Of a stretch of 18,490 nt of DNA, positions 1-7,991 are shown piece after piece. The stretch lies in IMG/VR virus record IMGVR_UViG_3300045256_000127, one strand, 5' to 3'. The position numbers and the translations under genes are program-made. The notes under the pieces are model-generated. The model did no database searches, had not been told where the DNA came from, and saw nothing but the letters and a program-made list of their open reading frames with translations. How positions within the stretch are numbered: position 1 is the first letter of the stretch; the number at the start of each line of letters is the position of its first letter. Source of the DNA: a virus (taxonomy: Duplodnaviria > Heunggongvirae > Uroviricota > Caudoviricetes).

Positions 1-2
1 TT

Positions 3-185
3 GTGAACTACCGCTTCCCTAAAGGGCAGCGGCTTCCCGTTTCACCCTCGGTCGCCTAAGTATCCAATCAAGGATGCACGGTCTTATACCAAGTCCACGG
101 GCTTTACTTCCCGCCGTTCCGGCGGTAGTTTATCCCCTTTCGGGGTATTCTGATTGCATCACCACTTGGTTTTCGTGGCGATACA
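3..185 (-). ncRNA. TnpB-type omegaRNA (reRNA) scaffold; guide would lie left of position 3, outside the window
   Basis: Minus strand reads CTACCGCCGGAACGGCGGGAAGTAAAGCCCGTGGAC..GTATAAGAC..GGAAGCCGCTGCCCTTTAGGGAAGCGGTAGTTCAC, matching the typical tnpB 3'/right-end pattern as I recall it. Stems: 158-165/175-182 (G.U pair on minus), CCCC-GAAA-GGGG (145-134), 111-115/121-125, 62-65/72-75, 11-32. The 5' boundary is approximate. Confidence 0.65.
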
Positions 186-365
186 AGATAATAGAGTCAG
201 TTGCACCAGTTTTATTCCCACGAAAGTAGGATTTATTTTGCTTCGATCTCCAGTGCATCGCCTTCATCCCCTACCCTAAAGGGCTGGTAGGCAGTCTCCC
301 TCGCTCCGCTCGGTCGCTTTGCCTACCAGCATCTACGATGTAGGGGCTTTCGGCTCCGAAGAACG
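3..365 (-). mobile_element. Non-autonomous IS200/IS605-family element (both ends present, no tnpA/tnpB)
   Basis: Minus strand. Left end: target TTAC (366-369), guide AAAG (350-347, i.e. +16..+19 as in IS608), then hairpin CCCCTAC...GTAGGGG (346-340/274-268). Right end: guide GAAG (36-33), hairpin CCGCT-GCCC-TTTA-GGG-A-AGCGG (32-11), terminal TCAC (6-3). Both guide/cleavage tetramer pairs obey the IS608 TnpA pairing rule (guide 1:site 2, 2:1, 4:4). No transposase ORF inside. Confidence 0.85.
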
Positions 366-378
366 GTAAAGTTGGTTT

Positions 379-1398
379 CTACTGCCGCTCGTGGAGGGAT
401 TGATTGATACCCTCCATCTGCTCCTGGGTGCGGCGGGCGGCGTTCAACTGGCGGTCCAGGTTCTCCCGCAGCCGGTCCATGTCGCTGTTGTTAGCCTTCG
501 CCCGCAGCGAGCGGATGCCGGACACGATCTCACCCATGTGATCGACGGCCTTGCCCACATCCTCGATGATCTTGTCCCGGTCGGCCTGGGCCAAGTCTTT
601 CGCCTTCCCACGCAGGTTCCGGGACGTTTCCCAGATGTTGAAGGCGTCTTCGAGTTTCTTAACGACCAGATTGAAGAGTTCCTTAATCTGATCGACCGTC
701 TGCGGTGTGCAGTATTCCGACAGCTTTCCGGCCTCGTAGTCGGCCATGAAGGCGTCGTACAACTCCCGCATGTCCCGGAGGTAGGTCTGGTCCCTCGGGT
801 CACGGTCACGGCACAGCTTCTCGTCCAGTTCGTCGAGCTTCTGCTTCGTGGCTTCCTTCGTCTCAAGCTCGATGGTCTTGGCGGCGTTCTGGACGACCTT
901 CTCAAGATTCAGTGCAAAGTTAGTCCCGGCCCAACCCAGGCCGACCAGCACACCCAAGAACCCCAGGAACGTCATCACCGCCCCGCCGCCGAATGCCCAC
1001 GACAGGAGCAGCATGGTAATGCCGATGGTGGTCGAGCCGACCGTCAGCGGCGTCACAAACAAGTCGAGTATCGCCTTCTTGCGGATGCTGTCCATAGTTG
1101 GCTTCGCTTTCGGCTGGGCGGTGTATGGTTCTCCCGGCCTCAACTTCGGGCGAGGCGGGCGTGGCTTCGGTGGTTCTGGGTCAAACCCCGGTATCCCTTG
1201 AAACAGCCGGTCTTTCAGAATCCCGTCAATCGGCAACGGGGGCGGAAGATCGGGCAGTTTCTTCTTCGGCGTGGGCTTCTTCTTTGGAACGATGGGGCGG
1301 ACTTCCACCCCATCGAGAGAACTCTTCTTGGCTTTCTTTCCGTAGTAGGCCGGGGTGTTCGGTTTCTTCCCCGGCCTGTTTCCCTTCCGTGGCGGCAT
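379..1398 (-). CDS. Hypothetical membrane protein: Lys/Pro-rich N-terminus, two TM helices, helical/coiled-coil C-terminus (XpaC-like architecture possible)
   Basis: 339-aa ORF with GAGG RBS, last gene of a tightly packed minus-strand run. Hydrophobic LFVTPLTVGSTTIGITMLLLSWAFGG and VMTFLGFLGVLVGLGWAG, followed by a charged helical region. Confidence 0.8.
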   Translation of the reverse strand: MPPRKGNRPGKKPNTPAYYGKKAKKSSLDGVEVRPIVPKKKPTPKKKLPDLPPPLPIDGILKDRLFQGIPGFDPEPPKPRPPRPKLRPGEPYTAQPKAKPTMDSIRKKAILDLFVTPLTVGSTTIGITMLLLSWAFGGGAVMTFLGFLGVLVGLGWAGTNFALNLEKVVQNAAKTIELETKEATKQKLDELDEKLCRDRDPRDQTYLRDMRELYDAFMADYEAGKLSEYCTPQTVDQIKELFNLVVKKLEDAFNIWETSRNLRGKAKDLAQADRDKIIEDVGKAVDHMGEIVSGIRSLRAKANNSDMDRLRENLDRQLNAARRTQEQMEGINQSLHERQ

Positions 1399-1405
1399 AT
1401 AATCC

Positions 1406-2956
1406 TCAGTACGGCAGTTGTCCCACGATGAAGGCCACCGTCATAGAGCCATTCGGCTCGGACACATCGGCCTTAACACGATTCCGGTCGATCCCGTGCC
1501 CCACCAGCCAGTCCACGGCGGATTGCGCCCGCTGAGCCGCCAGTGCCTTGTTCGCCTCGATGTCGCCCTCCTTGCTGCAATGCCCCCGGACGATCAGGTA
1601 GTATTGCGGCCAGGACTTCATCGTGTTGACCAGATCGGCAAGGGTCTGCTCGCTCGCCGTCGTCAACGTCGCCCCGCCCCGTGCGAACACCAAGCGAGGG
1701 ACTTGCAGTGTACCAACCGGGATCAGTTCCTTCCACTGCTTCTCGTTCAGGGCGACCAGTGCCTTGTCCTGCCGAACCTCTTCCGGCTGCACACCGGGGT
1801 GGAAGTTCTTGTCAAAAAGGCCACGGATCGTCTTGTCGTAGTAAAGGCGGTTGGGCTGCCCGCCGGTCGGGTCACGCTCCATCGCCCCGGTCTTGATGAG
1901 GACGCCGTTCAGGTTGACGATCATGTCCTCAATGTGCTGGTAGCCGGTCCCCTGAGTCAGCCCGAAGTGGGCATAGTTCTCCTGGGTGTTCTTCCACCGG
2001 ATGCCGTCCGCCACCCGCTTCGCAGACGCTTGGCTGATCGGCTCGCCGGTGAGCTTGGAGTCGTTGAACACCAACTCCTCACGGTTCGTCAGGGTGAAGT
2101 TCGCCCGGAAGTAGCTCTCCACCGTCTGCCGCACCACGTCCTCGTTCTTGATGAGGAAGTCACGGCTCACCACCAGCACGTCCACGACGTACCCCCGGAA
2201 CCGGCTGCTGTCGATCAGCACCTTGTAGTCGGGGTTGTCCAACATCTTCGAGACGTAAGGTTCCCAGAGTACGAACGCCTTCTTCTCGCCCGGTCGGGAC
2301 TTCCGGTACTCCTCGTAGACCGCCTTCGCCCCGTTGACCTTCACGAACTGGCTCGCTTTGAGGCGGTCCAGGTTGAAGTTCGCCATCAGCACCCGAGTCA
2401 GCGTCTCACTCGGACTATCCCCGGTCATGACGAACCGCATCTCCGGGTCGTTGAGGGCGTCCACGTTCGGGATCGAGCGGTAAGCGACCAGGGCGTCCGC
2501 CCCCTTCGTCTCGTCGATCAGTGAAACCACGACGGCCGGGATGTCCCCCAACTCCGCACTGCTCTTAATCAATGCGTCGAGAGTGAACACCGCCATCTGC
2601 GTCTCGCCACTCTTCAGCGAGGCGAGCCGCTTCGGGTAGTCCGCCTGATCGTCCACGAGATCACACTTGATCCCTCGGGACGATAGTTCGTTACGGAACT
2701 CGTCGGTGCGGAGTACGGCGTACCCGCTGAACGAGTCGATGCCCATCTTGAACTTGATCTTGTAGTGGGCTTCCGAACTCGTGTCGTCCAGTTGCTTTTG
2801 CTTGGCCTTCGCCTCCTCCTCGGCCTGCTGTGCCGCCTTGCGAGGGACGAAAATCCATCGGTAGCCCATCACCCCAATAGCCAGGATGACGAGCCACACG
2901 ACGGCGACGATCACCATCCGTGCCTTGCCCATGCCGTTGTCTTGCGCCATGTTCAT
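1406..2956 (-). CDS. Membrane-anchored NMT1/THI5-like substrate-binding protein fused to a C-terminal OmpA-like domain
   Basis: N-terminal TM (VIVAVVWLVILAIGVMGY). PBP-like DSFSGY, DETKGADALV, AFVLWEPYVSK, YVVDVLVVSRDF. OmpA-C motif IVRGHCSKEG..ANKALAAQRAQSAVDWLVGHGIDRNRV. Start abuts the upstream stop (TAAATG). Confidence 0.85.
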   Translation of the reverse strand: MNMAQDNGMGKARMVIVAVVWLVILAIGVMGYRWIFVPRKAAQQAEEEAKAKQKQLDDTSSEAHYKIKFKMGIDSFSGYAVLRTDEFRNELSSRGIKCDLVDDQADYPKRLASLKSGETQMAVFTLDALIKSSAELGDIPAVVVSLIDETKGADALVAYRSIPNVDALNDPEMRFVMTGDSPSETLTRVLMANFNLDRLKASQFVKVNGAKAVYEEYRKSRPGEKKAFVLWEPYVSKMLDNPDYKVLIDSSRFRGYVVDVLVVSRDFLIKNEDVVRQTVESYFRANFTLTNREELVFNDSKLTGEPISQASAKRVADGIRWKNTQENYAHFGLTQGTGYQHIEDMIVNLNGVLIKTGAMERDPTGGQPNRLYYDKTIRGLFDKNFHPGVQPEEVRQDKALVALNEKQWKELIPVGTLQVPRLVFARGGATLTTASEQTLADLVNTMKSWPQYYLIVRGHCSKEGDIEANKALAAQRAQSAVDWLVGHGIDRNRVKADVSEPNGSMTVAFIVGQLPY

Positions 2957-3838
2957 TTACCTCCGGGAAGACCCAGCGGCGACGACAACGACGATGACGA
3001 GGAAGACCACGACCCCGATACACACCCAGCCCCAGGTCGGAAGTCCGCCGCCACCCGTGTTAGCCTTCGCTACCTCGGTCGGGTTTACAGTGCCGCTCTT
3101 GTCCAGTGTACCGTCTTCCTTCACGGTGTAAACCGTGACCGGCTCGCCGATGGGCGTGTCCGGCGGCGACGTGAGGGCGGTGATGATGTGCCCGCTCAGC
3201 TTCGGGTCGAGTGGGGCGATCATGCGGAAGTCCTCGTCCGACACGGCACTGTTGCCGCCGCCCACTTCGGCGACCGAGGCGTTGACGGCTTGCTTCAGCG
3301 ACTCCGGGTCGTTGGCCCGCATGTACACCTTGCTGCTCTTGGCGAGGGCGTGGTCGTCCTTCATCCCGACGCCGATGGTTTCGATCACGATCCCACGGGC
3401 CTTGACGTGGACGATGTTCTCAGCCAGGAGGTTGCCGTCGGTTGCTTCGCCGTCGGTGGCGATGACGAGCTTGAACGTGCCCAGCCCCTTGTCACGCTTG
3501 CGGGCTTCGATCAGTGCATCCGCTGCGTCCTTGACGTACTTGCCCAGCGGGGTGCCGCCGCTCGCTCGGGTGGCACGGATCGCTTGCTTCAGCGACTCCT
3601 TGTTGACCGGGCCGAGGTTGGCGATCCAGCCGTTGAACGTGATGATCCCGATGTGCGTGTTCGGGCCGACCCGATCCACGACGCCGCAGAGGGCGTCCTG
3701 AGCGGCCTTCATCTTCGAGACGCTGCCCAGCCGCTCGTCCATCGACCCGCTCGTGTCCAGTAGCACCACCACGTTGTCGGCGGCGAAGGACGGCGAGGCG
3801 AGGAAGAGTAATGCGAACGCTGCCAGTAGCTTCTTCAT
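2957..3838 (-). CDS. Exported vWA (MIDAS) domain protein with C-terminal membrane anchor
   Basis: Start moved to MKKLLAAF (ATG 3838, GGAG upstream). Signal-peptide-like N-terminus. MIDAS residues DTSGSM, GTPLG, ATDGEA. Tail GGGGLPTWGWVCIGVVVFLVIVVVVAAGSSRR. Confidence 0.88.
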   Translation of the reverse strand: MKKLLAAFALLFLASPSFAADNVVVLLDTSGSMDERLGSVSKMKAAQDALCGVVDRVGPNTHIGIITFNGWIANLGPVNKESLKQAIRATRASGGTPLGKYVKDAADALIEARKRDKGLGTFKLVIATDGEATDGNLLAENIVHVKARGIVIETIGVGMKDDHALAKSSKVYMRANDPESLKQAVNASVAEVGGGNSAVSDEDFRMIAPLDPKLSGHIITALTSPPDTPIGEPVTVYTVKEDGTLDKSGTVNPTEVAKANTGGGGLPTWGWVCIGVVVFLVIVVVVAAGSSRR

Positions 3839-3870
3839 GTTATGGAACTCCGGGAGTGTGTACATGGAAA

Positions 3871-3893
3871 GGGCGGGGCAATAGACCCCGCCC
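3871..3893 (-). terminator. Intergenic 8-bp GC hairpin (weak terminator or mRNA stabiliser)
   Basis: GGGCGGGG (3871-3878) pairs with CCCCGCCC (3886-3893). Only TTT follows on the minus strand. Confidence 0.4.
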
Positions 3894-3907
3894 CCACAGA
3901 GAACGGC

Positions 3908-5767
3908 TTAGTAGTCGAAGTCCTTCGGCTTGATCGCCTCCGGGTTGACCCGGACCAGCCGGAACTCCACCCGCATGTTACGCTTCGCCTCGTCCATGTT
4001 GGACGGCTTGGCGACCAGCGGCTCCCGGATGCCCATGCCCACCGGGACGATCTGGCTCGGGTCCAGGTTCAGCCCGTTCTTCTTGGCGTACTCGATGATC
4101 GACTTCTTCACTTCCTCGGCACGGGTCTGGCTCAGGTTCAGAGCCGCCTGCATCGTCTCCTGGGGGTTCGGGTCGGAACCCTGGAAGTCCCCGGCGGCGA
4201 TGTGCTTCATCACGTCGTTCGTGGCCGTCAGGTCGAGCGCCTTCCCGTTCAGCTTGTAACTGTACGGGGTGCCCTTGCCGTCGCCCTCACGGGTGATGAT
4301 CCCCTTGCTCATCCCGGCCTTGATGAAATCGACCAACGTCTTCGTCGGGTCGGCGTGGCCCCGGATCACGATTGCCGCCTTGCCGAACGTCTGCGTGCCC
4401 TGGACGACCCGCTTGAACTCCGCACCGTACACGTCGATGGAGAACTTCTCCTGGTTCGGCTCGAAGTTGATGGCGAAGCTCACGAGCGTCCGGTCGTCGA
4501 GGTTCTGGTTCGGGAAGGCGTCGATGCCCTCGGCCTTGAACCCACCCCCGGCGAACTTCGGCTCCTCGTAGGTCAACCCGGCCATCCCGGACAGCTTCCG
4601 CCAGTCGAACCCGGACTTGTCGTAGCCGAACCGCTCCTTCGCCGCACCCAGCGTCACCGCCAGATCGAGGCCGGACTTCAGCTTGGCGTCGAACCCGTTC
4701 AGGTTGCCCGGATCGTTGAAGTACACGATGTTCCCAGGTAGGCCGACGAAGCTGGCGTCACTGACCAGCCCGTGAGCGTCCACTTCCAGTGTCGGCAGCA
4801 CCTTCTCACCGTACACGCCCTGGGCCATCTTCAGGAGGTTCATGTACTCGGGCGACTTGCCCTTGCCGTCGTTGTAGGCATTCTTCCAGGCGACCAGTTG
4901 GCTCGTCGCCTTCAGGTAGCCCGCAGTGAACTTCTCGCACCAGTCCCGGTTGTTCTTGAAGAAGTCCGACCGGACCATGTACACGTCGGCGACCGACCGG
5001 CTCATCTGGGCGGTGGACACGACGACGTGCGCACCCTTGACGGTCCCCTCGGCACCGCTCCCCTTCTTATCCAACCCGCCCGTCAGGCCGAGCATGTCGG
5101 GGCTGATGACGCACACGCAGTCGATGCTGGCGTCCTTCTTGAATAACTCGCCGGGGCTGTCCTCGCCGGTCAGGTTCTTCGTCCAGACCACGTTGATGTC
5201 GGTCCACTTCAGCCCGCCCGCCCGGAGGGCGTCGTCGAGCAAGCCGACGTGCGGCCCGCCCTGCTGGAGAGCGAACTTCTTCCCCTTGAACTCGTTGATC
5301 GTGTGGACCGCCTCACGGGCAACAACGTGGTCGCCCGCACTCCACGTCAACTGGAACAGCATGACCGGCTTGGTGGCCGGGTCGCTGCCCAGAACGTCCG
5401 AGGCCAGGGCGATCTGGGCCGTCGTACCCCGGATGACCGGAGTCTTCCCGCCCATGTAGTCCCGGACCTGCTGGACGAAGTTGTCTCCGTTGACCATCTT
5501 CAGCTTCAGCCCGGCTTGGCCGTAGATGGACTTCGGGTCGGTCGAGCCGCCCCCGCCGTTGGCGAGGAAGGTCGCCACGTCGCCACCCCAGGTCAGGTAC
5601 GGAACCGGCATCTCAGCCGCAGCCTCAACCGGCTTGACCTGCACCTGCCCGACGGTCTGGCTGAAGTGCGGAACGGTCGGGGCCGCAGGCGGCTGGGCCG
5701 ACATCGGGGACGAAATCATCCCCACCACGGCGGCTAACAGCACGCCGAAGGCACAGAGCTTCTTCAT
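3908..5767 (-). CDS. Secreted NMT1/THI5/SsuA-like substrate-binding protein fused to a C-terminal OmpA-like domain
   Basis: Signal peptide MKKLCAFGVLLAAVVGMISSPMSAQ with GGAG RBS. PBP-like QLTWSAGDHVVAR, KGKKFALQQGGPH, VADVYMVRSDF. OmpA-like VIRGHADPT...LNLSQTRAEEV...VGMGIREP...NMRVEF. Confidence 0.85.
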   Translation of the reverse strand: MKKLCAFGVLLAAVVGMISSPMSAQPPAAPTVPHFSQTVGQVQVKPVEAAAEMPVPYLTWGGDVATFLANGGGGSTDPKSIYGQAGLKLKMVNGDNFVQQVRDYMGGKTPVIRGTTAQIALASDVLGSDPATKPVMLFQLTWSAGDHVVAREAVHTINEFKGKKFALQQGGPHVGLLDDALRAGGLKWTDINVVWTKNLTGEDSPGELFKKDASIDCVCVISPDMLGLTGGLDKKGSGAEGTVKGAHVVVSTAQMSRSVADVYMVRSDFFKNNRDWCEKFTAGYLKATSQLVAWKNAYNDGKGKSPEYMNLLKMAQGVYGEKVLPTLEVDAHGLVSDASFVGLPGNIVYFNDPGNLNGFDAKLKSGLDLAVTLGAAKERFGYDKSGFDWRKLSGMAGLTYEEPKFAGGGFKAEGIDAFPNQNLDDRTLVSFAINFEPNQEKFSIDVYGAEFKRVVQGTQTFGKAAIVIRGHADPTKTLVDFIKAGMSKGIITREGDGKGTPYSYKLNGKALDLTATNDVMKHIAAGDFQGSDPNPQETMQAALNLSQTRAEEVKKSIIEYAKKNGLNLDPSQIVPVGMGIREPLVAKPSNMDEAKRNMRVEFRLVRVNPEAIKPKDFDY

Positions 5768-5823
5768 GTACTCTCCAGGTTAAAGGACGGGGACAGGTTG
5801 ACTTCAGTGAAGCCGACCCCGGC

Positions 5824-6381
5824 TCACATGTCCGGGGCGGCAAGAACGTCCTCGACGGTGATGTCCGGCACCCACCGCCACAACATCCGCTCCAACGCCC
5901 ACGCCGGGACGTTGTGCGACTCTTCCGACTTCTTCGCCAGGAACAGGGCGAACTCCTTCAGCTTCGCCTTGTTCTCCCGCTTGTTCCGTAACAGCGGGGC
6001 GTGTTCCAACCACCACGGCGAAGTCGGTTCCTCGAACCGCACGGTGTAACCCTGCGGCACGGCGTACTGAACATACGCCTTCGGTTCCGACGGCGTGGTG
6101 TTCGTGTTGTCGATGATGATGAGCGGGTGCCCCTCCTCGATCAACTTCTGTGCCCGAACCTGATTCCACTTGTGGGCGAACCCAACGTGGTTCGGGCGGA
6201 ACGAATACTTCGCCGGTTGCTCGGGTTCCACGAGCTTGTAGAAGTATTCGTCGGTGGACAGCACCGCCCCGACCGTACCGGCGATCTCCTTCGCCCGGTA
6301 CGACTTCCCGGAAGAAGGCAGGCCACGCATGATGACCAGTTCCTTCACCGCCGGGGTTTCGAGTTCCGTTACACCGTCCAT
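5824..6381 (-). CDS. P-loop kinase, AAA_33 / N4BP2-like polynucleotide-kinase family
   Basis: Walker A IMRGLPSSGKS, then STDEYF, AHKWNQ, IIIDNTNT, HNVP...LERM, the motif series typical of N4BP2-like kinases. Confidence 0.85.
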   Translation of the reverse strand: MDGVTELETPAVKELVIMRGLPSSGKSYRAKEIAGTVGAVLSTDEYFYKLVEPEQPAKYSFRPNHVGFAHKWNQVRAQKLIEEGHPLIIIDNTNTTPSEPKAYVQYAVPQGYTVRFEEPTSPWWLEHAPLLRNKRENKAKLKEFALFLAKKSEESHNVPAWALERMLWRWVPDITVEDVLAAPDM

Positions 6382-6384
6382 GTG

Positions 6385-6561
6385 TTATCCCTTCCCACGC
6401 ACCTTGTCGTGGATGAAGTCCTTCCCACTGTAGAAGGACGTGATGAGGGCGACCGTCCCGAGGACGTAGTAGCCGTGGTAGTAGAGAACGACGCACAGGG
6501 TCATCTGCGGCCAGACCAGGATGCCGAGCAGCAGAAGCACCCACCCAAATAAACTGACCAT
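6385..6561 (-). CDS. Small hydrophobic membrane protein (58 aa)
   Basis: 3' part of track ORF 6385-6951. ATG at 6561 has an AGGAG RBS. MVSLFGWVLLLLGILVWPQMTLCVVLYYHGYYVLGTVALITSF is largely hydrophobic. Confidence 0.7.
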   Translation of the reverse strand: MVSLFGWVLLLLGILVWPQMTLCVVLYYHGYYVLGTVALITSFYSGKDFIHDKVRGKG

Positions 6562-6586
6562 GCTGTTTCTCCTATTTTGCAGATGG

Positions 6587-6615
6587 AGTATACAGCATGG
6601 TCTTCGTTTTGTATA
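6587..6615 (-). promoter_or_regulatory. Candidate sigma70-type promoter
   Basis: Minus strand TATACA-N17-TATACT in the intergenic gap upstream of the 58-aa gene. Confidence 0.35.
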
Positions 6616-6631
6616 GCGGGTTATTTTGGGC

Positions 6632-7357
6632 TTAAACCATCGCCAAGCCACCCGGCGGCTGCTTCGGCATCGGCCCGCCCGGACTCTGTAGCGGGGCGGT
6701 CGGATCGGCGTTCGGGTCAGGCGTCCCGGCCCCGGCCGGAGGTTGTGGCATCGGGGCAGCTTGCGCCATTTGTGCTGCCGCATTAGGATCAGCACCGGCG
6801 GCTGCGGTAGGGTCTTGACCCGCTGGAGCGGCAGCAGGTTCGCCTCCCTGTGGCGGGGCGGTCGCATCTTGAGGAGCGTTCGTATCTTGCGTAGGTTGCT
6901 GCGGCTCGACTTTGGCGGCGACCTTCCACCGCTTTTCCCCGTAGGTGTCAAGGGCGTCCTTACCGAACATCCGTTGCAGGAGTTGTCCTACCGTGTCCTT
7001 CGGTCCGACCTTCTGGTCATTTCCGACTTTCGACAGGTATTGCATGGTTTGGTCGGCCTGCGTGCCCAGGGCTGGGTCGCCGAGAGCCTTCATACCCTGG
7101 AACACGGGTTGGAGTTTCTTCAGTACAACGTTCGGCCCCTTGCCCTGCGGCGGGGAGTCCGGCCCGGCGTCGTCGTCGGCGATGTCCGACAGGTTCAAGT
7201 GCGTCTGATCCTTCGCCGCACCGAGAAGGAGCTTCACGGTCTGGTCGTAAAGACGCTGAATTTTGGCCTGAACCTCCCGCCGCTTCGGTTGGGGTGCCTG
7301 TGCATCATCTTGTTCCATAAGCCGTTTCATCAACAGCCAGTTCTTAAACACGCTCAT
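6632..7357 (-). CDS. Hypothetical protein with Pro/Ala/Gln-rich low-complexity C-terminus (possible virion-internal protein)
   Basis: 241-aa ORF. N-terminus MSVFKNWLLMKRLME. Repeated DPTA/DPNA units. TTAAATA lies 6 nt before the ATG, with no SD. Confidence 0.75.
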   Translation of the reverse strand: MSVFKNWLLMKRLMEQDDAQAPQPKRREVQAKIQRLYDQTVKLLLGAAKDQTHLNLSDIADDDAGPDSPPQGKGPNVVLKKLQPVFQGMKALGDPALGTQADQTMQYLSKVGNDQKVGPKDTVGQLLQRMFGKDALDTYGEKRWKVAAKVEPQQPTQDTNAPQDATAPPQGGEPAAAPAGQDPTAAAGADPNAAAQMAQAAPMPQPPAGAGTPDPNADPTAPLQSPGGPMPKQPPGGLAMV

Positions 7358-7363
7358 AGAATG

Positions 7364-7419
7364 TATTTAACAAGTAATCCACGCTTTTGATAAACAAAAT
7401 CATATTCTCTGGCTAAATA
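7364..7419. promoter_or_regulatory. Divergent pair of T4-late-like promoter motifs: TTAAATA (minus, 7370-7364) and CTAAATA (plus, 7413-7419)
   Basis: AT-rich intergenic gap between divergent starts at 7357 and 7435. Both motifs resemble the T4 late consensus TATAAATA. Confidence 0.5.
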
Positions 7420-7434
7420 TGATCGAGGTTAATC

Positions 7435-7989
7435 ATGGGCAGACCAGCACTACCACCAAAAGAGAAGGCAAGACGCAATAAAGAACAACGCCAAAAACGA
7501 CTAGCCGAGCAGCACAAGCGGCTTGAGGCTGGTCTTTGTCGGCAATGTGGCGAGCCTCGATCTGACAAGTCGCAAGTATTCTGCGACAAGCATTTGGCTC
7601 GACATCGAGAAACATGTCGTGGTTATGCAAGCAATGAAGACCCGAATACTGCAAAATACCGCAGGCTAAAAAGCTCGGCACAGCAACGAAGCATAACCGT
7701 AGATTTTGATAAAGAAGAATTCATGGCATGGTTCGAGGGTGAGCAGAAGCAGTGTCATTACTGCGGAATCGAAGAACACCGCCTACACCAACACCATGAC
7801 CCTAAACAAAGAAGATTGACTGTAGATCGAAAGGATAGTAAACGGCACTACTGTGTGAACAACATCTGCTTGGCTTGCTTCCGATGCAACAACATGAAAA
7901 GCAACTTCTTCACTTCGGAAGAGTGGATGGGCATTGCACTAAATATCATCAGGCCGAGGCTTGCCGAATACCATAACCTCGGAGAGTGA
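7435..7989 (+). CDS. HNH (His-Me finger) endonuclease-like protein with N-terminal Zn finger; probable free-standing homing endonuclease
   Basis: CRQCG..FCDKH, CHYCG, LTVDRKDSKRHYCVNNICLACFRCNNMKS. GC counted as 27/60 at 7441-7500 versus 38/60 at 8041-8100. Confidence 0.8.
   Translation: MGRPALPPKEKARRNKEQRQKRLAEQHKRLEAGLCRQCGEPRSDKSQVFCDKHLARHRETCRGYASNEDPNTAKYRRLKSSAQQRSITVDFDKEEFMAWFEGEQKQCHYCGIEEHRLHQHHDPKQRRLTVDRKDSKRHYCVNNICLACFRCNNMKSNFFTSEEWMGIALNIIRPRLAEYHNLGE
7939..7945 (+). promoter_or_regulatory. CTAAATA late-promoter-like motif inside the HNH 3' end, upstream of the next gene
   Basis: Same heptamer as 7413-7419, 46 nt before ATG 7992. Confidence 0.35.
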
Positions 7990-7991
7990 CT

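Noticed and set aside
40-260. tnpB pseudogene inside the mini-IS
   Set aside because: Only the omegaRNA-overlapping tail (TAGTAGS) is seen, with no DRDxNA RuvC-III or Zn-finger remnant.
391-5783. Long plus-strand ORFs (391-1431, 1418-2524, 2765-3763, 3842-4741 etc.)
   Set aside because: They are antisense shadows of GC3-biased minus-strand genes that carry clear motifs and RBSs, and have no family motifs of their own.
6562-6951. 5' extension of track ORF 6385-6951
   Set aside because: Overlaps the 241-aa gene on the same strand in another frame. The AGGAG RBS supports a start at 6561.
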